From Octopus vulgaris (taxonomy: Eukaryota), in the NCBI GenBank assembly GCA_951406725.2, contig OX597823.1, forward strand, positions 59,272,001 through 59,336,000: DNA of 64,000 nt, written 5' to 3'. The notes below the pieces were generated by a model, which saw nothing but the letters and a program-made list of their open reading frames with translations, was not told the DNA's origin and made no database searches. Below are positions 27,166-40,294 of this stretch, piece by piece (positions within the stretch are counted from its first letter, which is position 1; every line of letters begins with the position of its first letter). The translations under genes and the position numbers were made by a program.

Positions 27166-27700
27166 TAATTAAAATTTAGTTGAATTAGGTACTTAAATTG
27201 AGGCACATTGCTAGTTCGGTATAGTCCGCACACCTCAACAATATTATTTAAATACTGAGTATCAAGACTCCGTGTGGGGGTATTAGTACCTAATATTCCT
27301 GACATGTGTGCAGACAACGCAACGCAGCTAAGTGAAGATATCCGCTCTTGGTAATTCAGATATGTACTTTTTATAAAGGTACTTCTATAGTATTTCCGAA
27401 GTGTAAATTCCAAGTTAGGTGAACAGAATATAAATAAGTAACAAAGATGTACGGATGTCAATTCATTACGGCCGTTTCAAGCGGCTCCATTTAATTGATT
27501 AATGAAAACATTAAATTAATTTAAACGAAACCGCTCTCGTCAGATGACCGCATAGACTTCAAACATAAAGTATAAACCATTTTTTAAAACAAATTTAAAT
27601 CAATAATGGAAATCAAAATATTTACATTGTTTCCTTTTGTTATATCTGTGGCAGAAAGTTACCGAAATGAACCAAGGGCCGAGAATTCCGAGCTCATATT
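27166..27700 (-). mobile_element. Non-coding hammerhead-bearing (Penelope-like/retrozyme-like) element
   Basis: ~540-bp segment bounded by TA/TG microsatellites and containing an intact hammerhead; boundaries approximate. Confidence 0.6.
27463..27547 (-). ncRNA. Type I hammerhead ribozyme, intact core
   Basis: Minus strand TCAT-CTGACGA-[58-nt stem II GAGCGGTTTCGTTTAA...TTAAATGGAGCCGCTT]-GAAA-C-GGCC-GTA-ATGA; palindromic stem III ACGGCCGT; predicted cut between 27467 and 27466. Confidence 0.88.
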
Positions 27701-28224
27701 ATATACGTGTGTGTGTGTGTTTCTACGTATGTGTGTGCGCGCGCGTTTGTTAAGATAATCTGAGTAATAATTTAATAGTGTACTTTCCAAAGATCCTCTC
27801 TGGGTATCGGCTACCAAATCTTATCAAACTTTTAAGGGATAAACATGTGGAAATCCGCACATATCCTCAGAGTATAAACAAATAAACATTAATACGTGAA
27901 GATGAATTAAACAGGATTTATTACAAATCACTGCAAATGATTCAACGCATCATTATCAACTGTTAACTGCTGAATATTACATAAATTGTACACAATATTG
28001 TATTAATAACAATAGCTGTGTACATTCGTATCCTTGGGGAGCAGATTCGAAGCAGTGAAAGTTAGGAAAGAGTGATGAAACGCATGTGTTACGATTCAAG
28101 ATGCTCCAAGTGACGGTTTTAGTTTTAGTCTTTTTCTAAATTGGTTTAGTTTCGAAGTGTTGGTTATATCAATGACCAATACAAGACCTGTTGGAACGAG
28201 GATGTTAATATTTCTCTTGCATTT

Positions 28225-28445
28225 AAGGCGGCGAGCTGGCAGAAACGTTAAAACGCCGGACGAAATGCTTAACAGTATTTCGTCCTGCTTCGCGTTCCGA
28301 GATCAAATTCCCCCGAGGTAGACTTTGCCTTTTGTTCTTTCGGGGTCGATAAACTAAGTACCAGTCGAGCACTGTGGTCGATGTAATCGACTTAACTCCT
28401 GCCACCCAAACTGGTGGCCTTGTACCAAAATTTGAAACCTATATT
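28225..28445 (+). mobile_element. SINE family A
   Basis: AGGCGGCGAGCTGGCAGAAACGTTA head, core and tail. Confidence 0.9.
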
Positions 28446-29406
28446 TCTCTTGGATTGTTGCAATTTAACGACTTCAGGAAAAGCATGGTCAGGAAAAGAA
28501 TTCGAGAGAATTGACATTTGGTGGGAAGAAGTGTTGGGTACACTGGTTAATGCTGTGACTGGTGCCCAGGGATAAACAGTACGGGTGACGAGAAAATTCA
28601 TTATATGTGACCTTAACACTTGCTTTCCAGCACTCGACGCATAAAGAAGGTTATAAATAGTCCACAGTTCTACAAATACAGTATTAAGTTAGTCAAATGA
28701 AGAAATTTTACGATATCTATTATCAGCACTAAACAGAAACATAAATGGATGTAGCCAAATCGTTACTAAATCAACATACGCCATTGCAGAAGTGTATCAG
28801 CTTTAACCAAGTAGCACTTCAAAGTTTTCTCGCATTCTTATACGCTTACATCCTCCTTCTAATTTTTGCTCAATCTTTCATCTTTACTGAATTTTTTTTT
28901 TCTTAAGGTTAGTTTTCGTAAACACTTCACTGCCTGCTTTTTTTTCTCCATCACAAGTAACCTTCAGATTTTATGAAGTACCATAAATTTCTATTCTTAT
29001 TTATTTTTCTATGCTATTATATTCATACTTAATAAAACCAGACTTCTTCCTCTGACTTTTTTTTACTCCCACGAAATTTTAAGAATACCCTCAAAAGTCT
29101 GGCAAGTCACAATTCAATTTATCCTTCATCTCCTTCGGCAAAAATTAACTACTTCATCAGCGAATGGGAGAAGCGATGTGATAACAGAGAATTTATCTGA
29201 AATCTGAGAACAACGTTTAAGTGATGCTGTTTAAAGCAGCATCGGTTCCTCAGAGACAAATACTTAATAATGCTTAACATCCATCTCTTTCAAGTTTTAC
29301 TTTTATTCAATTTTCACAACTTATATAAGTCAGCAACAATTTGGAAGAAATTGTCTATGGTAGCTCTGTAGCTCTAGTCTAGCCCTCGGCTTTTTTATCC
29401 TTTCGG

Positions 29407-29441
<35 letters not shown>

Positions 29442-29532
29442 ACTGCTGCTGTTGCTGCTGCTACTGCTGCTGTTGCTATTGCTACATGCAGCATCGGTAG
29501 CAGCAGTATTGCTGTTATTACTATTACTATTT

Positions 29533-29587
<55 letters not shown>

Positions 29588-29643
29588 CAGCAGCAGTAGT
29601 AGTAGCAGTAATAGCAGTAATAGCAGTAGTAGTAGCATCAGCG

Positions 29644-29700
<57 letters not shown>

Positions 29701-30124
29701 TATTTATCGAAGTGAAACTAGCGACTGAAAGTGTTTGAAATGAAAAGTAATTTTGTGAGAAGGAGGGATACAGTCGACTGCATCACCTTCAGTATTTAAC
29801 CGACTATTTATCGACGACGCTCAGTACTATTTAGTAGACCGAACGAAGATCTCGGCGAAAATTTAAACTTAGAACACAAAGAGCCAAAATAAATACATCA
29901 GTTGCAGATTATCAGAAACACGTATGGATTGCTGCACCATTACCACCGCCACCGCTAACACCATCACCACCAGCACCACCACCATCACCATTGCTTTAAT
30001 TGCTTCAACGGCAATCAGCGTTGAGAAACACGTACTGATCCATCAGCAATAACAATCCCTATTATATAGAGCAAATCAGCCTCAAATATTTCGGTTATAA
30101 CAGTAAACAGAGAATCACTTGGGA

Positions 30125-30437
30125 GAAAACTCGAAAACATAGATGCCATACATGCGTTACCATTACACATCTTAGAGTTCATGGTACATAAAAGTGAGAA
30201 CAGGTAGCAGAGTCGCACTCTTCCTTGCCCTACAGTCATAACACTATCAACAACAAAAATAACCGAAACGATACTATCAGCAGCAGAAACTAATAGTTGG
30301 ATGCAACCACCGCGGCAACAACAACAACAATAACAAAATCTAAAAGACATCCCGAGAAACAAAATATCTCACTACCAAAACAAAACATTACAGCTATGGG
30401 ATCTTTTCGGTTTGAACGGCAGTTTTTAAAATAATTT
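30125..30437 (+). repeat. Local duplication of 30947-31254, including a MITE left end
   Basis: Near-identical ~310-bp blocks, both ending CAGCTATG-GGATCTTTTCGGT.TGA.CGGCAG. Confidence 0.92.
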
Positions 30438-31214
30438 TAAATCGAGACCGCCAACGTGCAGATATGTTTTTGTTAACAGAAATGCTGTAAGTTGCAGATG
30501 CATCAACACGAAAAATTGGTCTGTTGTAAACTTCGACCATAGACAGGCTTATGGAATTGGAACACTTTCACCGTTCATAGCAGGCATTTCGTGACAGGTA
30601 AACATCACATCTAGTGAGGCTTGACTCTGAAAATGAGATACGAACTCAATCCGTCACCCCTCTAGAGGATAAGGAAGGTTTTACTTAATCCTCCCAAACT
30701 GGAGAAAAGACTGGGTGAAGATGAATGTGGAAGATATTCCACTTGAAATAGATTGATGGTGGTTGATAACCGCCATAATAAGTGATAAAGAATATAGGAA
30801 GAGTATCCGCCACATAGAAAAATCCACTGTGGTAGCAGGTACTCGGCTATAGGTATGGAGATGTACATACAGACAGAACCTGAAAACATCGAAAAAATAG
30901 TCGCTCACGTTATACTTCCAAACAGGTTGTAGCAATCGGTAGCAGTAGAAACTAGAAAACATAGATGCCATACATGCGTTACCATTACACATCTTAGAGT
31001 TCATGGTCCATAAAAGTGAGAACAGGTAGCAGAGTTTGCACTCTTCCCGACCCTACAGTCACAACAACAAAAATAACCGAAACGATGCTATTAGCAGCAG
31101 ATACTAATAGTGGAAGCAACCACCGCGGCAACAACAACAACAACAATAACAAAATCTAAAAGACATCCCGCAAAACAAAATATCTCACTACTAAAACAAA
31201 ACATTACAGCTATG

Positions 31215-31646
31215 GGATCTTTTCGGTCTGACCGGCAGATTTTTAAAATAATTTCCACGTAACTAAACACTTTTAAACTTCGTATACTGGTAGAATGTGT
31301 TTATAAAACATATTTTTCTCTTGGCTTTATTAAGAAAATTCTATAGTTTGTAAGATATTTGTTGTTTTTTTTTCTTCAATTTCTGCAATTTCAACCAATC
31401 AATGAAGTCTATTGAGGTGAAAACATTCTGTGCCGTATGAATATGTCCCTCGTTTAAGAAACAGATTGGGTTTATTTACATTTCTGAAGAAAAAAAGACA
31501 CCCTTCCCCCCACCCCTAACCCTAACCCCTAACCCTAACCCTAACCCTAAAATAGATTGAAATAGATCGATACAAGGGTCATAATTATGGGTGACTATTT
31601 CATATGACACCGTTAGAAAAAACTGCCGTTCAAATCGAAAAGATCC
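31215..31646. mobile_element. Merlin-type MITE with internal telomeric repeats
   Basis: TIR GGATCTTTTCGGTCTGACCGGCAG / CTGCCGTTCAAATCGAAAAGATCC; 8-bp TSD CAGCTATG (31207-31214, 31647-31654); (CCCTAA)n at 31514-31550. GG ends plus an 8-bp TSD fit Merlin. Confidence 0.85.
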
Positions 31647-32177
31647 CAGCTATGTGTTCCCCACCTCGGTAGCAAAACACAAATACAACTTCACAATTCT
31701 ACTCTTACCCACCACCCACCCAAGAAGGAGGAGGAGAGGAGGAGGAGGAGAAAGAGGAGCAGTAGTATGAAAGAAAATGTTTAAATTTGTAATTTATTCA
31801 TAACTTTATTTCTAGTAATTGTAATAACCGAGATAACTAAATTTGCAGCGCTGAGAGCTGTAAACGAAATATAAATATAAATGGGAAATGATTATTCCAT
31901 ATTGGTTGCTTTTGTTCTCTGTTTCTCTTGTCGTTTTCATCGTCGTTGTCCTTTAGGCGACCTATAATGAAAGACTTTCCAGTCGTGATCACTCATCCCC
32001 TCTTGTTTTCTGGTATAGCATATCTAGGAGTACATAAGCTACTTTGTCCTTCTCTGCTTTACAACAAAAAAAATCATGGTTGTAGGATGTTCGTAGTAGA
32101 AGATGTAACTACTATTTCTCGCTAATGATACGAACACCACATTGATTCGTGTTGGTTGTGGTTATTGGTTATGTCAA

Positions 32178-32615
32178 CGTGGCGAGCTGGCAGAATCGTT
32201 AGCGCGCCGGACAAAATACTTCGCGTTAGTTCTTCCGGTTTTATTTTCTGAGTTCAAATTCCGCTGAGGTCAATTTTGCTTTCCATCCTTTCAGGGTCGA
32301 TAAAAATAAGTACCAGCTGAGTACTGAGGTCGATGTAATCGACTTAGTCCTTCTCCCAAAACTTCAGGCCTTATGCCTTTAATAGAAAGGACTATTGTTA
32401 TTATCAACGTGATAAATGGGTAGAATCGTTAACACGGCAGACAAAATATTTCGCGGTATTTCTTCTGGTTTACGTTCTGGCTTCAAATTCCGCTGAGGTC
32501 AACTTTTCTTTTCACTCTTTCGTGGTCGATAAAGCTGAGAGCGCTTGGGTCGATCTAATCCACATATTCCCTTTCCACGATGTTTCTGACCTTGTGCCAA
32601 AATTTTGGTGCTATT
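32178..32615 (+). mobile_element. Two tandem SINE family A copies
   Basis: Copies at 32178-32395 and 32407-32615. Confidence 0.88.
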
Positions 32616-33713
32616 ATTTTTGATGTTGTTAAGGCGGCAGCTGCCAGACTGGTTGGCACATATATAAGCATATGTGTACTCATGTGTGTGTGTGTGTGTG
32701 TGTGTGTGCTGTGTTTGTCCCCCACCATTACTTGATAATTCCCCCACCATTACTTGATAATTGTTGTTGGCTTGTCTATATCTCTGTAGCTTAGCGATTC
32801 GGCAAAAGACACCGACAGAATGAGTTCCTACCTTAAAAAAATAAATAAGTACTGGAGTCGATCTGTTCGACTGAAAACCGTCAAGGCAGTACCCCAGCAT
32901 GGCCGCAAATAAAAGCTAAAATAAAAACTGAAGTAAAATAATGTAATGATATAATATAAAATAAAAGAGAAGATAAATGAAATGCGTTGCCAGAAAAGTT
33001 AAGTCATTTACTTTTAGACGTCTTTTATAATTCTTTAAAGAGCAACTTTCATTGGAAAATATATCTAAAAACTACAATAAAAACCTGTTTCCCTCCCCAC
33101 GTCTATCATTTCAAGAAGCTATTTGTATGAGACACGATAAAGTTAATGATACAAGCTGACTGCCTTCCATCCAAGTCGGTATCCATCAAGCCCGAGGCAG
33201 AACATATTGCTAACTGATCTGAACAAGTCAAAACAGTCTGTGAGCTTATATTTGAGGCAGCGACACTGATGGCTCAACTGTTGTCCATAAATTTAACATC
33301 AACAACAATTGTGACTGACGTGACAGCTTCCGAGACAGCACGTAATCTAGACTTATAAAGATAAACAAAATTCGATATTTGTTTGCATCATTACCTATAT
33401 ATGTACTTATGTACACAAGTATATATACATATATATATATACACATATACATTCGTATGTATAGTTGTATGTTTTATGTAAATATGTTCTGTTTTATTTT
33501 CCAAAGTTCTCAGTATTAGAAAAGAGGAAACTTGTGTGCATAGTTAGGGAAAGAGTGGTCACGGCTGTCTATTCAGTATGCAGAAGGCTCCCTTGAGATA
33601 CTTGTTCTCAGTCGTATTGTTAATATTTATAATTAGCATCACTATATACAATCTATCTATATACATAGTGATCACACCGAGGGCTTGCCAACTGATGAGA
33701 GTCAACTGCACTT

Positions 33714-33751
33714 CAGACTGAGGAGGTCTAAAAAAGACTGAAACGTGTCTG
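33714..33751 (+). ncRNA. Minimal type I hammerhead fold (cleavage nucleotide G)
   Basis: CAGA-CTGAGGA-GGTCT-AAAAA-AGACT-GAAAC-GT-G-TCTG: both core boxes intact, but position 17 violates the NUH rule. Confidence 0.65.
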
Positions 33752-34137
33752 TTGCATTCATAAGTTATCTTTAAAGACAAGCCCTACCCTTATTTGCATT
33801 GTCCTGGAGTTACCGCCTTTGTTTTAGGTATAAGTTTTTATATCTTTAAAAAAGGCTTTGAGGTTTCTGTTTACTAATTGCGTGGACAATTTCAGTTCAC
33901 AGAAAATTTTCTATTCAGTGAATGGGTCAATATAAGATAACACTAAAATGGTAAAAATGAGTAAACAAAGAATCGAACCCACATACGCACTTGTAGTAGT
34001 GACCAACAAAAAGAAAAAACAGGTATTTCAAAATAATGTATTAATTTAATTCGGTCAGCTAAATCCAAACACAGGCTTCCTGTTTACAAATTAGAACATT
34101 CACGCTGTGCATGTTCAAGAATATTCTTATATCATAG

Positions 34138-34540
34138 AAGGCGGCGAGCTGGCAGAAACGTTAGCACGCCGAGCGAAATGCGTAGCCGTATTTCGTCTGC
34201 CGTTACGTTCTAAGTTCAAATTCCGCCGAGGTCGACTTTGCCTTTCATCCTTTAGGGGTCGATAAATTAAGTACCAGTTACGCACTGGGGTCGATGTAAT
34301 CGACTTAATCCGTTTGTCTGTCCTTGTTTGTCCTCTCTGTGTTTAGCCCCTTGTGGGTAGTAAAGAAATAGGTATTTCGTCTGTCTTTACGTTCTGAGTT
34401 CAAATTCCACCGAGGTTGATTTTGCCTTTCATTCTTTCGGGTCGATAAATTAAGTAGCAGTTGCGTACTGGAGCCGATATAATAGACTACCCCACCTCCC
34501 CAAAAACTTTGGGCCTTGTGCCTAGAATAGAAAAGAATAT
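34138..34540 (+). mobile_element. Dimeric SINE family A, young copy
   Basis: A-box TGGCAGAAACG, B-box GTTCAAATTCC, CpG-rich core, linker and second monomer. Confidence 0.93.
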
Positions 34541-34934
34541 TCTTAACTCATATGACTCTAACCCCAAACATATTAAATATCTGAGCCCACATTCAGGAAC
34601 AGAAACTAGCTATCTTGACAATTTTGTCATTCACACCTCATCTTTCATAGTATATCCCCGCTTCTCTATGCATCCTGCCTGCTTTTCTAACAAATGTTCC
34701 AGTCCATTGCCTTAAAGTAGTACTTCATTGATTCCAAAAGGATGAAAGACAAAATTGGCTTGAAATCAGAATATAAAGAACCAAAGTAAATACCAGGAAG
34801 CATTTTATCCTATGCTCTAAGGATTTTTCCAATTCGCTATACAATACCATATCACATGGTGAATGAAAAATCCTGCCTACAAATCATTTATAGATACTCT
34901 CTTGTTTCTCTATCCTCTCTTCAATGATCCCCTC

Positions 34935-34966
<32 letters not shown>

Positions 34967-35036
34967 GCTTAATTTTTCTTTTATTCTTTTATTGATTCTT
35001 TCTTTTTCCTTCTTCCAGAACCTCTTTCCTCTAACC

Positions 35037-35274
35037 CAGCGGTTCTCAACTGGAGTCCATATAAGATTTTATTGTTGAAATGCATGTGCAACAAGTTGGT
35101 TGTACTTCTACAATGCACAAAATATTTAAAATCTTTTATACAATTTCAAATAATATTTAATCATAAAAATATAGTAAGTTTTTTTTATTTATCTTAGTGA
35201 ATGGCTATGGAAGTCCAGCAGAGTAAAATAGGAATCGAGGGTATCCATAGGTAAAAAGTGGTTGAGAACAACTA
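35037..35274. mobile_element. hAT (Charlie-like) MITE
   Basis: Ends CAGCGGTTCTCAAC / GTTGAGAACAACTA; TSD not cleanly preserved. Confidence 0.65.
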
Positions 35275-38200
35275 CTAGAGTCTAACTCCTGGTTTATTTC
35301 TCTCGAGAATCAAATTATCTTGCCCTTTTCATGAAAACCTGCCCTGATGATTTTGGAGCGATTCTTCTAACTTGGAAACGTAACCCGTCTTACGCTATTT
35401 TCATGGTTCCGAATGGTGTCCATCCACTCTCCTGCTAATGCAGAAAAACATAATATCGGAATATCTGAGATGACGTTTTCATCTAAGAATAGTGGAACAC
35501 TTTTGCAGTGCGACATCACATGTGTTTATCCCCTCTATTTTATCCACATTTCTGCCGAAGTTTTGTCCTCTTCTATTACCGTTCCATCATAGACTAATAC
35601 GATTATGAGTAACACCTTTATAATTCGTGAATTACCTATTGATATATATAATATAAGCTGTGTGTTTCCCGCTCGACCTGTTCTGGTATGTTGAGCAATT
35701 CCTGAAATTATTTCTGGCGATTTTATATATGCCTTTTTGTTTTTATCAAGCACAGCTTTGATTTATCAAGCACAGCTTTACTTACATCGTGTCTTATGGT
35801 GTGAAGCAAGAACATTCTTGCATTAATACTGCCTGGTAAGCGACTGCGATTCACTCTCCTGAATTCCCGCACTCTTGTGATGGGTTTCGTTTTTCGTTCT
35901 GTAGGATTTTCAAGCATCTCGGGTTTGACGGTTAACTAACGGCTATCTAAAAATGCATAGGATATCTACTACACACAACGCACGCACACTCAGATACACA
36001 TCGTGTGTACGGAGAGAGAGAGAGGGGAAATGTGTGTGTGTGTGAGACAGAGAGAGAGAGAGAGAGTGAAAGAGAATTAGAGAGGGCTAAGAGAGACCGT
36101 ATATGAATAGAAGTAATAGAATAATAGAAGAGACTAAATTTCATATTGAATAATACTAGGTAACTAACCCAGAGTAAATAGTAGTCAGACAATAGAATGT
36201 TGCAATATAACTCTTGATGTATTTATTTTCCCCGTTTACACTTTAAGTTCAAATTCAATAAACATTGACTTTGTTTCTCGTATGTCTGTCTATCATTGAG
36301 CAATTATATACCTGTAATATATTACAATTGATTCAAACAACCAACTCAATTCTTTCTCTTTCTAAATTTGGCCAGTTGCCAGCTATCGACGTTGTGTTTG
36401 TATTAGCATGAAGAATCAACCAACTTTTGAAATGAATCTTTTTGAATTATGCTTTTTCTCGTTCCTAATCTGTTGCCCGAATAATAAGGTAGTACTTTGA
36501 ATTTCCAATCAGCTATTAGTTGGATATAAATTTTGATATGTATCATCTGATTTTAACTATCTCGATTTCGGTATTGGCCAGTCTAGTTCAGCAACCTAAC
36601 CGTGTTAATATCCTAGACATATGCAATTAATCAATTAAAAGATTCCGTATGAAGTTTTGTACCATTTAACAAACGGGTAGGAATAAATATGCAATTCATA
36701 GACAGCTGAGAATTATATGAAATGAGGCAGTAAATGCGATTGTAGCTAGCAAATAGATGAGTTGATCAAGAAAGCTGTAGAGAGGACTTGTATAGAAACT
36801 TGCAGACTTACAACTTTAACCCATTGAAGCATGGAAAAAAATGGCTAAAAGTGCATGGGTGAGGTGGAGAAAATGATTATCACGAACAGAGGTGGAATGG
36901 AAATGTGTTGTGTTAGGGTGGTGACGTATAATTCAGCCCATTAGGTTTCTGTCTGCTTCTAGTTTAAAATGTTTTAGCTCAATTGCTAAATTTATTTCCT
37001 GTTTAGGTTTTAGTGAGTGAATGTGTGATAACAAATGAAGAGAATGTAAAATTAATGAGACATTCAATGGGAATGGCTGAAGTAGAATAAAAAGAGGAAT
37101 TTCATTCACCATGTGATGATTCCATAAATAAATGGTACATTTATTGCCCAAACTCACAGAGATGTAAGTAACAGTTAGTTGTACCATTATATTTATCTCA
37201 TCAAATGGTCCAGATAGTGTGTGGCATGCTAGTATAGATTGATTTATGGCATCTAAATGTTAAATGGTTATGAGTTCAAATCACACTAAAATCGAATTTA
37301 ACATTTTCCTTCTCATCTTTGTTTTATTTGAACTTTATTTCATGATGAAATCTAATATGGTGAAAGGTGAACATAAGACTTGGGAATTATTGTCGACTAC
37401 TTCAGTTGGAGGCCCTGCATCAATAATAAAATCAATATTGCTCTCAGGAAGACTCCATGTAACTCTATAACTTTTTCCACTCTAGAAATTCAAATGACAT
37501 AAATTTTCTATTCTCAGTATTTTTCAGCCTCATCTAAAAACCATGAAAATGTAGGATCTCTCTATTCCGGATAGAGTATCAGGAAAATTGAGGTACCCTA
37601 AGTGAGAATTACATAAAGAAAAACAGCGCAACAGTTCTTAATTACTAGGACCACTTCGAAGCACTTACTCAGATTCTGTTCACTCCAACACGTCACAGAA
37701 CGCTACGAAATTTGTACAATATGAAAAAATATACTGTCATCGCTGTCTCTGTGATGTTAGCATCAAGTTTAAAAATCACGCAATTTGAGATTCGACTCTA
37801 TAACGTGATATCCCTCGAACTCACGACACATAAACATATTGCTAAACAAGATTTTATCTCAACCGACCCCAATCTATGCAACATTATTTCGAAATATACT
37901 TAAGAAGAAAAAGATCCTCACATTTCAAACGATTTTCGTACATTATTATTTTGCAAACACCTTATGATACATTGTTGTCATTAACTGTCGATTGGAGACC
38001 TCAACAGTTAAAGTACCTTCCGAGAGTATCGCAACGTCTCGTGGTACCCATCAACATTGATGGAGACAGGGAATGCCTAGCTTGCTTTAATCCTGCTGTA
38101 ACACCAATTTTCTCCGTTAACAATACTGCACCACCCACTGCATCGAGCCGAGAGAAGATCCCACAATGTAGCAGTAACTATTGTTTCCCCACTTCTCAAA

Positions 38201-40294
38201 CACGCCCTTTTTGTTCTCCTGCTTTCGCGTTTTTCTCATATGCTTCTCCTGCATCAAGGTAAAATATATTTTACTTCCCAGAAAACTTCACGGAATATTT
38301 TTCTACTCTCATTTTAAGGAATCAATGCCAGCGAAGTAGGACAATATAGAACTACTACAAACTTCCGACAACCAACTTCTGCCGGAAGTATTGAGTGCAT
38401 CACATAATTCCTTGAGTCCTTCATATTTTGGAATCATTCTTTTATTTATCAACTTCATATCACCTTCCCAAAATACCCTCAGCTCACCGATTTTGTCAAT
38501 TCAAACTGTCAGATAAGGTCAGAGTTTTGCTTCGCTTTTGCAATATGGCTTAGGTTCTTCATAGTAATTAGATTCTTAAATAACATTGATTATAATTTGA
38601 AAGCATTTTTTCTTATGAATATAATCAGAGTTCTTCGAACGAGTGTCACCGTAGTCTTTTAAGTGAAATTGGGTTAGCAAAAAAAAAAAAATCTTCGTAG
38701 AAGCCTTGTTGGAAGCATCACTTCAGGTACTACATGGTATAATTTGTCTTGAGGTAACATCTGTTATAGATTTTCTGTGATACAAACATAATAAATGTCA
38801 GAAAGTAAGAGAGAGAGAGAGACAGACGAACAGAAAGACAGACAGACGAACAGAAAGACAGACAGACCAACAAGCAGAAAGGCAGACAGACCAACAGATA
38901 GACAGACAGAGACGAAGATTTGCCCCAATTTCGGCCAGCAAAGAACGACAGATACATATCGCTCTTTTAGTTTTTAGACTTTTCAATAGCGTGTACTCGC
39001 AATCAGCCATATGCTCGCACGACAAATTCTCGTTTGACTTTTCTTCCGCACAGCATAAAACGTATTACTCTGCTTGAATTAAATTATCATTATAACGTTT
39101 CACCTACACAGACCTTTACTAGTTTCTTCAAATTTTACTTTTTGACTATATGATTCATAATTCATACAGCAATGAGCTGTCACTAGTCTTTTAAACTTCA
39201 TGACTATAGAATTCCACCAGACGTTCTAATATTTTAGGCATGGCTTTTTTCCTGTATCGTTAAAGTTGTTTGTAGTGTTACAGTTGGAACTTAGTTCTGG
39301 TAACGTCGTCTCTTTTAATAGAAAAGAAAAAGAGAATAGCGTTCTTACAGTATAAGATGTAGCTGTAATTTAAGAAAGCGATGTAATAGATATTATTGCT
39401 TAGAAAGGAGCAGAAACGAATCGAAATACTAAATTTTGGTGATATTAAAATGACAATAATAATAATAGATAATTATTCAACGACGACATATTTACAATAT
39501 ATTATTCGTTGTATATTCAATATGATAGTTAGAACGTGAGAAAGGCTAAAAATCCCAGGTCAAGTGAAGAAGAATATGCAATTGTTCACATTTTCCTCAT
39601 TCCAAGTTTTAATCTCGGCACAATTCTTGTTTCTGGCAACGATCCATCAGCTGTCTGGCCCTTATATTCATTCATGCTGCACTTCAAATAAAATCACGAT
39701 CACATCATTTCTCATCTACGCCACCCCCACCCCCACCCCCACCATAACCGCCAATTGCCAAGTCCTCCTCTTGTTCTCCCTTTTTAGACTCCTTTATTTC
39801 TTCGCCCATTTTGCCTCATCGTCCCGCCACATCCAGTCTTTATTCTCCACCACCATTACCCACCGTTACAGACTCACCATCACGGCGACGACGACGACGA
39901 TGATTTTATTGAATGTTAATTGGACAATTGACCACAGAGTCTTTGTTCAAAATGATATGTTTGAACTGTTTCTCTTATTTGTTGTCGGTGGTTGTCTAGA
40001 TTGGAAATATTTAATTTCTTAAATGATTTGGTAAGCTTCCCATCAAATGATACACGTTGTTTATTCTAGCTAGTTCTTGCTGTTAATAGATATAGACATA
40101 GATATGTCTATGGCTGTATTATCCACACAAACTATTACACTGTTACATTATTAACAAAAGCAGTAGGAATGTTGATATGAACATTGCTAGCACTAATATC
40201 TTTATCAAAGTATTTACACATTAATGTGTGTATCTGGCGTGTTATCAGGCAGCTAGCTAAATTGAGCCCATTCTAAAATGTTATATCTTAAGTA

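Noticed and set aside
30640-30760. Tc1 transposase-like peptides (ELNP, EDIPLE)
   Set aside because: Too short and degenerate to support without alignment.
31514-31550. Telomeric repeats as a chromosome end or fusion scar
   Set aside because: Short and internal to a TIR/TSD-bounded MITE.
34138-34230. tRNA gene
   Set aside because: The A/B boxes belong to a SINE head; no full cloverleaf.
35341-35390. CTGATGA...GAAACGTA hammerhead-like boxes
   Set aside because: No stem I and a poor stem II.
37876-38580. 128-aa ORF and faint Helitron-helicase-like peptides on the minus strand (IFYLDAG, WLSE)
   Set aside because: No Walker A GKT and the motif order is inconsistent; needs a profile search. 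The same applies to 35400-35940.
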